A stretch of DNA of 37,661 nucleotides, from the NCBI RefSeq assembly GCF_001194135.2, contig NC_068999.1, forward strand, positions 26,993,858 to 27,031,518. Direction: 5' to 3'. The position numbers and the translations under genes were made by a program. Under the pieces are notes generated by a model. That model made no database searches, had not been told where the DNA came from, and saw only the letters and a program-made list of their open reading frames with translations. Within the stretch, counting starts at the first letter, position 1; each line of letters begins with the position of its first letter. Shown here one piece after another: positions 10,391 to 20,734 of the stretch. The stretch comes from Octopus bimaculoides. Its lineage: Eukaryota.

Positions 10391-11721
10391 ACATATATGC
10401 AGAGTCCTGGGAAAAATATTTTAAAGTATGACTGGCAGTTACCTATGCATGCAAATACCGGAACAGATCCACAAGACAATTCGCAAGCTTTCTAATATTT
10501 CCGTCAATTCATCGCTTTGGATAAATGTATGCTTAGTGCTTAATAAACAAAACCGAGCACAACAAATGATAACGTTGTTGTACTTTTAAGATAAGAAGTC
10601 CGTCCCCCAAAGGGAAGTAACTTGGAATAAGAGACTTAGTAGTCATGACAGTGATGTTGGTTGCTCTGAAGTTGATGATGGTAATGATAAAAGGAGAAAA
10701 ATAAGAAAGAGAAGGACGGGGAGGGGATGATGTCTGTTGTTACGTGACTACTTTAGTTACTGGTGGCTACAAATATCGCTACTACTGTGACTACCAATAT
10801 CGTAAATTTGCAATATTTTTCATCATTTATGACTATAATTCATTGCTGTTGAGTAAAAATTGAAATAAGTATATCAACCTTTACATCCTACTTAATGTGG
10901 ATGTATTATTGGTTCTCTATATATCGATGGCAGATAGATTTAACCGGTATGTGGTGTTAGCGGATGCCTGGTGCTGTTGAAGCGCGAGACACTCTGAAAT
11001 CACGTGTTATAACAGTTTCGCCACAAGTACTTGACATTTCTCGCTTGCTGCCGATATCTCTATGTTATTATGCACTAGACACCTTACACAAAAGAATTCA
11101 CCAATAACTATTCAGCCATTGGTGTCGTTCTTGTACACAAATAATTTCAAGTTTAATATGCCAGATTATAATGCATCTTTATTAGAATTTATCTAAGACA
11201 CAGTCACGTTTTTTAATATAAAATAGAAACTGGTCGAACGTTTATAAAATCTCTTAAAAGAAATTCTTATTGTTCAAATTTTATTTTTATCAACAATCCA
11301 GCTAACATAAGAATTAGGAATTTTGAATTAAAATATGTTAATATAATAGTGCTTACATTATGACCCTAGATTCTAGAGATATAACATAGTGAAGGTAAGT
11401 AACTCTTCCTTTCTATGGCAATGCTAATGGTGATCGTGATAGCGCTAAGGAAACAACAGCAAAGAATTGGACCAAAATTAACATTGTGAAAAATTGCTTA
11501 TGGTTTACCGCATGCGAAAATTGAACCGGGACATTCTGTTCGTTACAAACGCTTTGTCACTTTGTAACAGATGTTGTTTTTGTTTATTGCTGTTAATAAG
11601 AATGATGGCGGTAATCGCGTTTATTTCTTTGCTGTAGAAGTGGTGGCGGCGGTGGAAGTTGTTTGCTTGTCGTAAATGGCAATAATATTGATAGAAGCAA
11701 CGGCGACATTACTCTCCGTTA

Positions 11722-11862
11722 CATACGTGTGTGTGCGTGCGCGCGCATATGCGTGTGCGTACGTGTGTGTTTTGTTGTGTATGTGTGTGCGTGCATGCGT
11801 GTGCGTACATATGTGTATTTTGTTGTTGCTGTTGTCGTTGTTGTTGTGCGTGCGTGTGTGTG
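11722..11862. repeat. Compound (GT)n/(GCGT)/(GTT)n simple repeat
   Basis: Direct reading. Confidence 0.85.
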
Positions 11863-12224
11863 TTTTATAATTCATTATAGTAATTATGCGGTAGAGATGA
11901 ATAAATCATGTTTCCTGAAGTTTACACAGTTCTGACTCGTACAAATGAAAATTAGAAAGACAAATTAATTCTTAAGACTGAGTTAATTTCCCCAAATAAG
12001 GTAACAGTTATCAATACTCGAATAACAAATTGCAATAGTAATATTCATAACGTGAAGCTAAGTGAATTAGCAAATCTAAAGGGAAAAGAGAAAAAAAAAA
12101 GAAGAAATTATGGATGTTGGATTTTGGTTGGTGTATACTTTGGAATACACTAACCAAAAGCCAGTACAGAAATATATTTGCCACGAAGACTAGATGTTTT
12201 TGTGCAATGCGGTGCTTTTAAACA

Positions 12225-13691
12225 TTATCTTGTGATGCACCTGACACATCATCTGTGTTGTTACCTAGGTCTATAGAGTATTTCGGATATTTCACCAAAT
12301 ACCTTTATCCAGCAAACTCAGCCAGTGTTGACCAAGTGACAGATTGTGTCCATGAAACAGTTTTCTATTCGTGGCTTTCCTCTTCTAATCAATAGAAAAT
12401 ATTGAAGCAACAGTTAATGCTTCGATGAACAACTTGATAGCCTTTTGTCTACTGGTTCGTGTGATGCCCAGCGTGTACTTGGCTCTGAGAGGGATTAGTT
12501 TACAATCGCTCAACATCTGAACTAAATGGGATTACAGATAGCTTACCGCGCGTTGTTCTGGCACACTTCAATCATCATACGGTATTTTTTTTCCTGCAAT
12601 CATTAGTGCGGCCCGCAAGAGTAATAGAGAGTTCCAATAGACTTGACTTCTGAGATTAGTACCTTGTATTGTCTTAACGATGCTGAAGTGATAATCTCCG
12701 GAAATTTCAGCTGCATCTCCAAGTCGTCGGATTTCTATTCTTAGTCCTATGTAGATACTAACATCCCAGAAGATATGACTCTGATGTAACCTTCTTTCCA
12801 GTCTTCGTTAGAAGGTGACGTTTATAATGGCAAATTGTAGATGGTGTTCCCTTTGATCTTCAGGACCTGGCCATTGTACTAGCCCCTCACTGAAAGTTTT
12901 TAAATACTACTCGAGAATGTGTCCCAGGAGTCTTCTCCTCAGACATTGGGCAAGCTGGTAATTCCACCTTACTATAGGAGGGAAAATTAAATGGGTCTGG
13001 TTAAGAAATTTTATTCGATGGGGTTCAGCTTTCTAAAGCTCAAGATATGAGATTTTGTGCTCCTTTGCTTGTTTTCCTCCATTTTGTCCCGTTTTCCTGC
13101 TGCTACCTTCCAACTATGCTACTAACTCGATTCTCATTCTGGATTAGCGACTTTCTCTCCCCCTCAACTTTGTTTTAACAGGGTGTTGTGCTGCTAATTA
13201 AATCAGCCCTTCCACGAAGTACTGTGTCTAGCAGTACCTTGTGATCTAGGTGCGGCACCATGGCATCTACAGCCTCTGGTTTCCTTTACTTTGATCCTGT
13301 TTTGACATTGATACCATCCTGAGAGACTTTTGGGTTACAAGATGTGATATTACAGCACTGTCCCAGTGTAGAGAAATATGAATTTTTGCGTCAGGTTGCT
13401 GATGAAGAGCTTCAAGTTTTTCGGCCCGTACAGTGTAGTACTTCTCAGTCTCCGAGAGAATCCCAGTAACTTCTATAGAACCAGTTGACCTTTGTTTCAA
13501 AGCAAAAAGTAGTGCTAGATAATCTAAAGGAGGAAACCAGGATTGCTATATCAAGGAATTGAAAGTACTAGGTAAACCTCACTTCTCTACTGTCGCTAGC
13601 CGGGTTTCCAACTCTTGGTTAGCTGTTCAGATCGATGCCGTATATGTTAGGCTACAGTCTAACAGCTCTTCATCGGTTTTTCGGTGATAGA
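12225..13691 (-). mobile_element. HERO-like RLE non-LTR retrotransposon, 3' part (interrupted by the hAT element)
   Basis: Manual translation across stops and frameshifts: ITEKPMKS; ELETRLATVEK*GLP; LLGFSRRLRSTTLYG; LDHKVLLDTVLRGRADL; YLEL*KAEPIE*NFL; KFPEIITSASLR; LGITRTSRQKAIKLFIEA. These are collinear with HERO ORF motifs as I recall them (ITEKPVKSLG, VDKSGLPG, WLGLPRSLSS.ALYG, V..GRAGLG, W.AEP.RI.FL, FP..I..T.LRPD). Confidence 0.75.
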
Positions 13692-14288
13692 CAATGGCGG
13701 ATCTACCATAAAACTAATGAAGCTTAAGCTTCAGGACCCCTAATCTCGAAAGGGCCCCTCTGAAGCAACTTAATTTTTTCATTCTGTCAATTTATTTGTT
13801 TTTTTATTTTGCCATGCAGATTGCTGTTACCAGTCTTAGTCGACGGCGTCATCTCATACTCCTACGCAGAGTCTAGACTCACAGTGTTCACGAGTTGTTT
13901 ACCTACGGTTTCTGCCGGTGTGGAGTAGCATAAAAAAGTAAAAGTACAAACGACTCGCAGATAAATCGCTTCACTTGAATTATTTTGGAAACTTCGGTCC
14001 TACCCCTCCCATTGTCAAATATGTCTACTACTACATCAATACAGTAGAGATAAGAATTCTTATTTTCACACCATTATTTAATGGCCAATGAAATGGTTTG
14101 CCTCCTCATTTTAGACTTACAATCTGTTCAGTAAGAAAGCACTTTTTTCTACTTTAAAAATTGTTTAAATATCACCTTGTACAAAACGAATAATTCTTCA
14201 TTTATGACTATAAATTAAGTTCGATCGCTGTGGCTGAAAGTATTACCCCATTTTTTTCACAGAGGTCTAGGCCCCAAGAGGAATATCA

Positions 14289-16483
14289 ATGTCTTCAAGA
14301 AAATACTTAAGCGGATACCAGAAACACCAACTCAAGGAAAAGCAATCTAACGGAATTTCTATATGTCAAAAACTATCAAATTATTTTACAATGTCAAGTA
14401 AAAGTTTGTCATCAGCTGCAACTGAAACAAGTCATGCAAGCACCAGTGAAGTCAATGATAGTGCACAGACCATGAGTACTCTTTTTAGCAATAATCAACC
14501 TACTGACCAAAAGTGTCAACACACTTTTGGTGCAGATGATGATCACAGTGGTCAAGAACTTCGAGAAAAGAGAGAGCAGGAAACAGTGAGCAAATTTAGT
14601 GATTTCAAAGAATACAGTGACCTGGCAAACTGGCCCATAACAATTGATAATGATTTCATACAAAACTGTTTAATGCAAGGCATCAGTTTTTTTCAAAATA
14701 AAAAAAAAACAGATAATGTATATAGTGGATCCAACAAAATTTACAAACAGCAAGATCGAAGTTTCTCAAACAAGTACTATTTTGAAGTATTAAAAAGAGT
14801 TGTAGCAGTTATAAAGTTTTTAAGTCAAAGAGGTTTAGCATTTAGAAGTCATGAGGAAACGTGGGGCTCCCCAAACAATGGAAATTTCATGGGGGCCATT
14901 GAGCTTATTGCGGAAATTGACCCATGAACATTTAGAGATGTGTAAAAATGAAAAAATAAATATTACTTACCTATCCAAATCCGTGTATGAAGAATTGATA
15001 GAAATCATGGGAAAACACGTGAAAGATGAAGCAGTGAATCGGATCAACAACCTAGACATCAAATACTACTCAATTATTGTTGACTATACACCTCATGTGA
15101 CACATGTTGAGCAGCTGGTAATTGTGAGAGATTTTTAACATTTTTGCCAATAGAAAACCATTCATCCACGACCTTGATCAACAAAATAACACAATTATTG
15201 AGGGAGCATAATCTTTCATTTGAAAATATCCGTGATCAGTCGTACGATAATTCTTCCAGCATGAAGGGCTCAGAGAAAGGTTGCAAGCACTTTTTAAACA
15301 CATTAACAGGTGTGCAGACTATGTATCATGTGCAAGCCATTCACTCAACCTTGTTTGGTAAAAGGCAGTATCTACTGTACCTGAAGTTGTTGACTATTTT
15401 GGTATTTTGCAGCAGATGTATGTTTTCTTTTCTGAATTTTTTCAAAGATGGAGGATTTTAAACACACAGAGCAATCTAGCCTTTTCTCTAAAGAGATTAA
15501 GTGTAACTAGATGGTCTGCATAGTCTGGGCAATTGAAAATGGATATAGGGATGTTTTACAAACTCTCAAACATATGTTTGAAAACTCAGAAGAGAAGCCT
15601 GAATGTAAGCAAGATGCAAAGAATTTATAGCACAAGTTGGTAAAATTGGAATTTGCTGTTTTAACAATCATTTGGGAAGAAGTTATGGGGCGTGTTAAGA
15701 AAACAAGTAAGAAACTCCAAACACCTGGTTCTGATGTATTTGAAGGTTACCTTCTGCTTGTACCTTTGCTTTCATTTGTTAAAGAACTACGAGAAAATTA
15801 AGTTGACAAGATTGCACACTATGAATCAGTAGCAAAAGGTTTCTGTGAATACATCATCTCAAATTATTCTGATGTTTCCAAACGAATTGTTACGAAGAAA
15901 TTTGCAGATGGAACAAGCGATAGGGTTTCTTTGAAAGGGGCTGAAAAATTTAGGATAGAAGTTCTAAATCAAGTCTATGACTGCTTGATAATCCAGTTAA
16001 GACCCATATGAGCAGATTGCGAAAAGGTACAAGTTTCTCTCGGAATTGATGAACAATTCAGAATTTGATGAAGACAGTCTCAGATTTATAATATCGCATT
16101 ACAAAGATAATATTGACTACAACTTAATAAATGAGGGTTATCAGTTCAAAGAGTATTTACACTTTAGGAAATCCTAAAACAGAAGAAAACACACCATCTA
16201 AAATGCAATGCACAGAAGTTCTTCAACTTATTTGTCAGTAACAATGAATTGCAGTGTCCTCTAATATTACCACTGCACATAAGCCCTGACAATGCCTATC
16301 ACGAGCTGTGAAGCAGAAAGGAGTTCCTCAAAGTTTTCCTTTGTTAAGAATAAATTTCGGCCTACCATGATTGAAGAGCGCTTAAATTCCTTATGCATAT
16401 TGTCTCTAGAAAATGACATTGCATGGAAGCTGTCATATGACAAAACTGCTGCTACAAAAAACAGAACAATGAGTATTTTGTAA
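14289..16483 (+). pseudogene. hAT transposase pseudogene (DUF4371-like region to hATC dimerisation domain)
   Basis: MSSRKYLSGYQK start; VLKRVVAVIKFLSQRGLAFR..NNGNFMGAIELIAEIDP; YLSKSVYEELI..YYSIIVD.TP; DQSYDNSSSMKG; RLSVTRWSA (~15495); MPITSCEAERS.SK..VKNKFR.TM.EERLNSLCILSLEND. Multiple stops and frameshifts. Confidence 0.9.
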
Positions 16484-16559
16484 TTTTCATATGTATCTTA
16501 ATGATGCATCGTGCATGTATATGACGCTTCCCTAATTTTCAGCCCCCATAACTCTAAAA

Positions 16560-16760
16560 ATACAAGGCATAGCCTGGAAAATATTTGTAGTGATCTGCCA
16601 TGGAATAGCCACATCAACAAAGATATCGGTGATTACCCACACCTCGTTTCTGGTGGAAAGAAGGCTCACTTTCAGACTCATTTTTAAGGACTCCACATCA
16701 CTACTCCACCATTTGGGCAATCAGGGCCTCAAGCTGGAGTTCCTTGCAAGGGTATGAAAA
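16560..16760 (+). mobile_element. Possible CR1/L2-type RT C-terminal scrap inside the hAT 3' subterminal region
   Basis: Translates to SDLPWNSHINK and, in other frames, HYSTIWA and LKLE (cf. DL.W..HI and EY.S..W.P...KLE). Weak. Confidence 0.3.
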
Positions 16761-16863
16761 TTCTTTGACCCTTGTTGGATGTTACCCTATTGCTGTTGGT
16801 TGTTAAGGGAGGCCACCATAACATTTTAAGCTTCAGGGCCGCAATATTGTAGATCCGTCACTG

Positions 16864-16990
16864 GTGATAGATGATACCTTTGTGCTGCCAAGGGAAAAGC
16901 GGAACTCGCAGATGAACTTTTCTTCAGTACAAGAGATTTAGAGATTTAGGTGTTACCAGTTTGAAGCTGTCATTAAACATTTACTATTAA
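16864..16990 (-). mobile_element. HERO-like LINE, upstream portion on the other side of the hAT insertion
   Basis: Minus strand reads EFRFSLGSTKVSSIT. Removing the hAT and one TSD joins this in frame to TEKPMKS at 13683 and below. SFK and KSLVLKK-like motifs lie just upstream. Confidence 0.75.
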
Positions 16991-18001
16991 CCTCTAAACT
17001 TACATCTTCACTTCATTTTGATCGGTTTAATCTCCGATATGTTGCTTATTGATAAGTGCATGTTGACTCTTTAATTATAAATAAAAGTTTCTAGTTCTAA
17101 TCCAGTGAGGTAATATGTACATATTTAGCAATAAGGCATTTGATGAAGACTGAAGATCAAACTGATTGAAATATAAGTATATATATATATATATACATAT
17201 AAAGTACTTTATGTTTTTCCAGAACACTTTGAAGTGAGAGTTTGTTGTTATTTCATATTCTTTATGCTGAGATCTTATTTAATTCAAGTATAATCTCAAC
17301 AGCTTCATAGAAAGTCATATATAAGACTATCTCCAGTATCATTTAACTGATGATAATGAAGGCCCAATGATCAGCATATGATTATTTTAAAGTGGTTTTG
17401 ACTCATAATAATTTTTTTTTGTTGAGAAAAAAACAACNNNNNNNNNNNNNNNNNNNNNNNNNNNNNNNNNNNNNNNNNNNNNNNNNNNNNNNNNNNNNNN
17501 NNNNNNNNNNNNNNNNNNNNNNNNNNNNNNNNNNNNNNNNNNNNNNNNNNNNNNNNNNNNNNNNNNNNNNNNNNNNNNNNNNNNNNNNNNNNNNNNNNNN
17601 NNNNNNNNNNNNNNNNNNNNNNNNNNNNNNNNNNNNNNNNNNNNNNNNNNNNNNNNNNNNNNNNNNNNNNNNNNNNNNNNNNNNNNNNNNNNNNNNNNNN
17701 NNNNNNNNNNNNNNNNNNNNNNNNNNNNNNNNNNNNNNNNNNNNNNNNNNNNNNNNNNNNNNNNNNNNNNNNNNNNNNNNNNNNNNNNNNNNNNNNNNNN
17801 NNNNNNNNNNNNNNNNNNNNNNNNNNNNNNNNNNNNNNNNNNNNNNNNNNNNNNNNNNNNNNNNNNNNNNNNNNNNNNNNNNNNNNNNNNNNNNNNNNNN
17901 NNNNNNNNNNNNNNNNNNNNNNNNNNNNNNNNNNNNNNNNNNNNNNNNNNNNNNNNNNNNNNNNNNNNNNNNNNNNNNNNNNNNNNNNNNNNNNNNNNNN
18001 N

Positions 18002-18117
18002 CAAATTCCACCGAAGTTGACTTTGCCTTTCATCTCTTCGAGGTCTATAAAATAAGTACCATTTGAGCATTGGAGTTAATATAATTACTGGCCTTGTGTC
18101 GAAATTTGAAACCAATA
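18002..18117 (+). mobile_element. tRNA-derived SINE, partial (head in the gap)
   Basis: CAAATTCCACCGAAGTTGACTTTGCCTTTCATC..GAGGTCTATAAAATAAGTACC..GGCCTTGTG..AAATTTGAAACCAATA; same family as 18128-18330. Confidence 0.8.
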
Positions 18118-18127
18118 GACTTTGGGC

Positions 18128-18330
18128 AAGGCGGCGAGCTGGCAGAATGGTTACAGCGCTGGGAAAAATGCTCAGTGGCATTTCTCCTGATGTTATGTTC
18201 TCAAACGCCGCCGGTGTCGACATTGCTTTTCATGTCGATAAAATAGGTGCCAGTTGAACACTGGGGTCGATATAACCGACTTACTTTCTTTCCGAAATTG
18301 TTGGCCTTGTGCAAAAATTTGAAACCAATA
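18128..18330 (+). mobile_element. tRNA-derived SINE, near full length
   Basis: A-box-like TGGCAGAATGG, degenerate B box TTCTCAAACG, central GTCGAC.TTGC.TTTCAT..GTCGATAAAA..G..CCAG, and the tail GGCCTTGTGCAAAAATTTGAAACCAATA shared with the other copies. Confidence 0.8.
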
Positions 18331-18495
18331 TTTAGAATTTGGGGAATTCAATTATTGACTACGATAAAGGATATTAACTGAGAAGTTTGTTTATTATGAT
18401 ATTTACCTGATTTCTTAACTTTCATTTTGTAGAAATGTTTCTAAATGGATGCATGACAGCACCCAAAACTATTCCATACATACATCATACATACG

Positions 18496-19010
18496 TTTTT
18501 GCCAGTATATACACATTGAAGCTTTACTATAGCGTCGTAAGTTTATCGACTGCTATTTCTAGTAAACATTGAGGCCTTGTTGTACCATTACTCTATACTT
18601 ATACTTCTACCTTTACGATGCTTTATCTGACTGGAAAGTAATACATTTGTATTGCAATATTTAATTTTTCATTGAAAACCTTTTCACTATTCTCGGGTCT
18701 GTTAACGGGTAGGCGTTCAGACGGGTATACATTGATGTAGCAACATTTGAAATATTGTCCAGGTAAATCTAGCTGAAGAAGACTAATGAAATTTATGATA
18801 ACAAACGTATTTGAAGAGTCCGAAAGCTAGGCACTAGATTATCCTATTCTGGGTTGTCCATTTATCTAATGTTCTGTCTAGAGATAAGACGAAATTTTTT
18901 TATGTTCGTTACCCTCACACGTCTTTTCCAGTATGTACACAGTGAAGGTTTACTATAACATCGTAAATTTACCGACTGCTGTTTCTAGTAAACAGTGGTG
19001 CCTCGTTGTA
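18496..19010 (+). repeat. Pair of ~88-bp diverged direct repeats (18496-18584 and 18923-19010)
   Basis: TTTT(G)CCAGTAT.TACACA.TGAAG.TTTACTATA..TCGTAA.TTTA.CGACTGCT.TTTCTAGTAAACA.TG..GCCT.GTTGTA occurs twice; about 80-85% identical by eye. Confidence 0.8.
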
Positions 19011-19052
19011 TCTCTCTCTCTCTCTCTCTTTCTATATATATATATATGTATG

Positions 19053-19219
19053 TATAAAGTATAAGAGAAATTACCCATAACAGGTAACTTATACACGCTA
19101 GAAGGCAGTCAAAAACGACCGAAAGACAAAGTAAAATCACAAAGTAAAACCAGTCGTTTTTGACTGCCTTCTAGCGTGTATAAGTTACCTGTTATGGGTA
19201 ATTTCTCTTATATTTTATA
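19053..19219. repeat. Near-perfect 67-bp inverted repeat with a 33-bp spacer
   Basis: 19053-19119 is the reverse complement of 19153-19219 with one mismatch; the inner 60 bp are perfect. Confidence 0.95.
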
Positions 19220-19297
19220 TGGAATATGTTGTCTATTGACTTTTTTACATGCTAGGCCACTGGCAGTATAACTCTGTATAGTTTTGCTACCCTTTAT

Positions 19298-19357
19298 ATT
19301 TATGTATGTATGTATGTATGTATGTATGTATGCATGCATGCATGCATGCATGTATGT

Positions 19358-19388
<31 letters not shown>

Positions 19389-19390
19389 GG
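19298..19390. repeat. (TATG)n/(TGCA)n/(TG)n/(AG)n compound microsatellite
   Basis: Direct reading. Confidence 0.9.
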
Positions 19391-20547
19391 AGAGAAGTCT
19401 TCCTAAAGACATCACTTTTTCAGAGATAGATCTAATTAAGTAGATGTCAGATGCAATAACTCTGTGGATTGTTTGATGTAATTCATGCCTGATATTATAT
19501 GCATCATTTGGATACATCTAAGTGTCAATAAAATGTTTTCCTCTGTCGGTGAAAACTTACACTGGCGATGTTTTTTTTGCCGTAAACATGTTTGATGCAA
19601 TAGATAACGCATTTGATGCAATACTTCCAAGTTCACATTTTGACAGGTTGGTAGTAATTTGTTGCTTGGATATTACCCCGTCAGTTTAGTGGACATGGTG
19701 CAGCAGATGGAACAACTAATGTTGTTGTATATAAAAACCGAGGGTACAACCAGTAATTAAAAAAGCAGCCATTGTCACTTTTTCATTCTTATAAAAATCT
19801 GTTAATAGGTAATTACTATACAGTTCAGTTCCAGGAATTGCCAGAAAAAAAGAGAAATATAAAACCATGATTGTAATATTTCATGTGTCGTAGAATGTTA
19901 CAAAGCAAAACAGCGTTACTAATCAGTGGCAATCCTAGCAGAAAAATTCCCCAACATTAATTTACAGACTCTACTGCTTTCTGTCGATGAGAAGCTGTCC
20001 TGTTTTCACAGACATTCAATTAATCTTGAATGTCAGATTTGCACGGTGTATAGGACCTAGTCTTCTGTCATTGCTTCCAGTTACTTATCTTTACCTATAA
20101 GAAATAAACTGTGAGAAAAAGAATTGTTCTCACTGTAAACGATGAAACTGTCATGTTTCATTTATTACTCTGTCTGGTGGCAGAATATACACTGAAATTG
20201 AAAATGAAATCATGCAAGAAAGGCATTTTCAATTGTTGCGTAGAAAATATTTTCTGTTTATTTTACTTACTATATTAGTATCATACAATCACATACATAC
20301 ATACATACATACATACATACATACATACATACATGCATTTCGTCGTTCGATCAGCTAAACTATCTACCCGTTAAATAACCATGTCAGTACCTGAATATTC
20401 AGCAAACACATATACCCGTAACATAATTCTCATGCTGAATTAACAGTATCCAATGTGACAATGATGGGCCTTTGAAATTATAGGTATTTTGCAATCTCAT
20501 GATTAGGAAACAAAGTCTTTGACCACTCAGGTATGTCTGCAGTCTCC

Positions 20548-20703
20548 TTGCTCTCTCTCTCTCTCGCTCTCTCTCTCTCTTGCTCTCTCTCTCTCGCTCT
20601 CTCTCTCTCGCGCTCTCTCTCTCTCGCTCTCTCTCTCTCTCGCTCTCTCGCTCTCTCGCTCTATCTGTCTGTCTGCCTGTCTGTCTACCTGTCTGTCTAC
20701 CTC

Positions 20704-20728
<25 letters not shown>
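20548..20728. repeat. (CT)n with interspersed CG, plus (CTGT)n microsatellite
   Basis: Direct reading; it explains the spurious SL/RE ORFs. Confidence 0.95.

Positions 20729-20734
<6 letters not shown>

Larger units (their letters stand above)
13692..16863 (+). mobile_element. Full-length-bounded hAT DNA transposon (Tip100/ZMYM1-like transposase), 3172 bp
   Basis: Left TIR CAATGGCGGATCTAC (13692-13706) and right TIR GTAGATCCGTCACTG (16849-16863) match 13/15. Perfect 8-bp TSD GTGATAGA at 13684-13691 and 16864-16871. Internal transposase remnants. Confidence 0.95.

Noticed and set aside
17149-18800. CTGAAGA...GAAA motifs at about 17150 and 18774
   Set aside because: No adequate stem II or III pairing; expected by chance in AT-rich DNA or too decayed to call.
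19400-20250. Possible exon or transposase remnant on the minus strand (ORFs 19287-19517 and 19436-19636)
   Set aside because: No motif I recognise; frames close quickly and one runs into a microsatellite. BLASTX would be needed.
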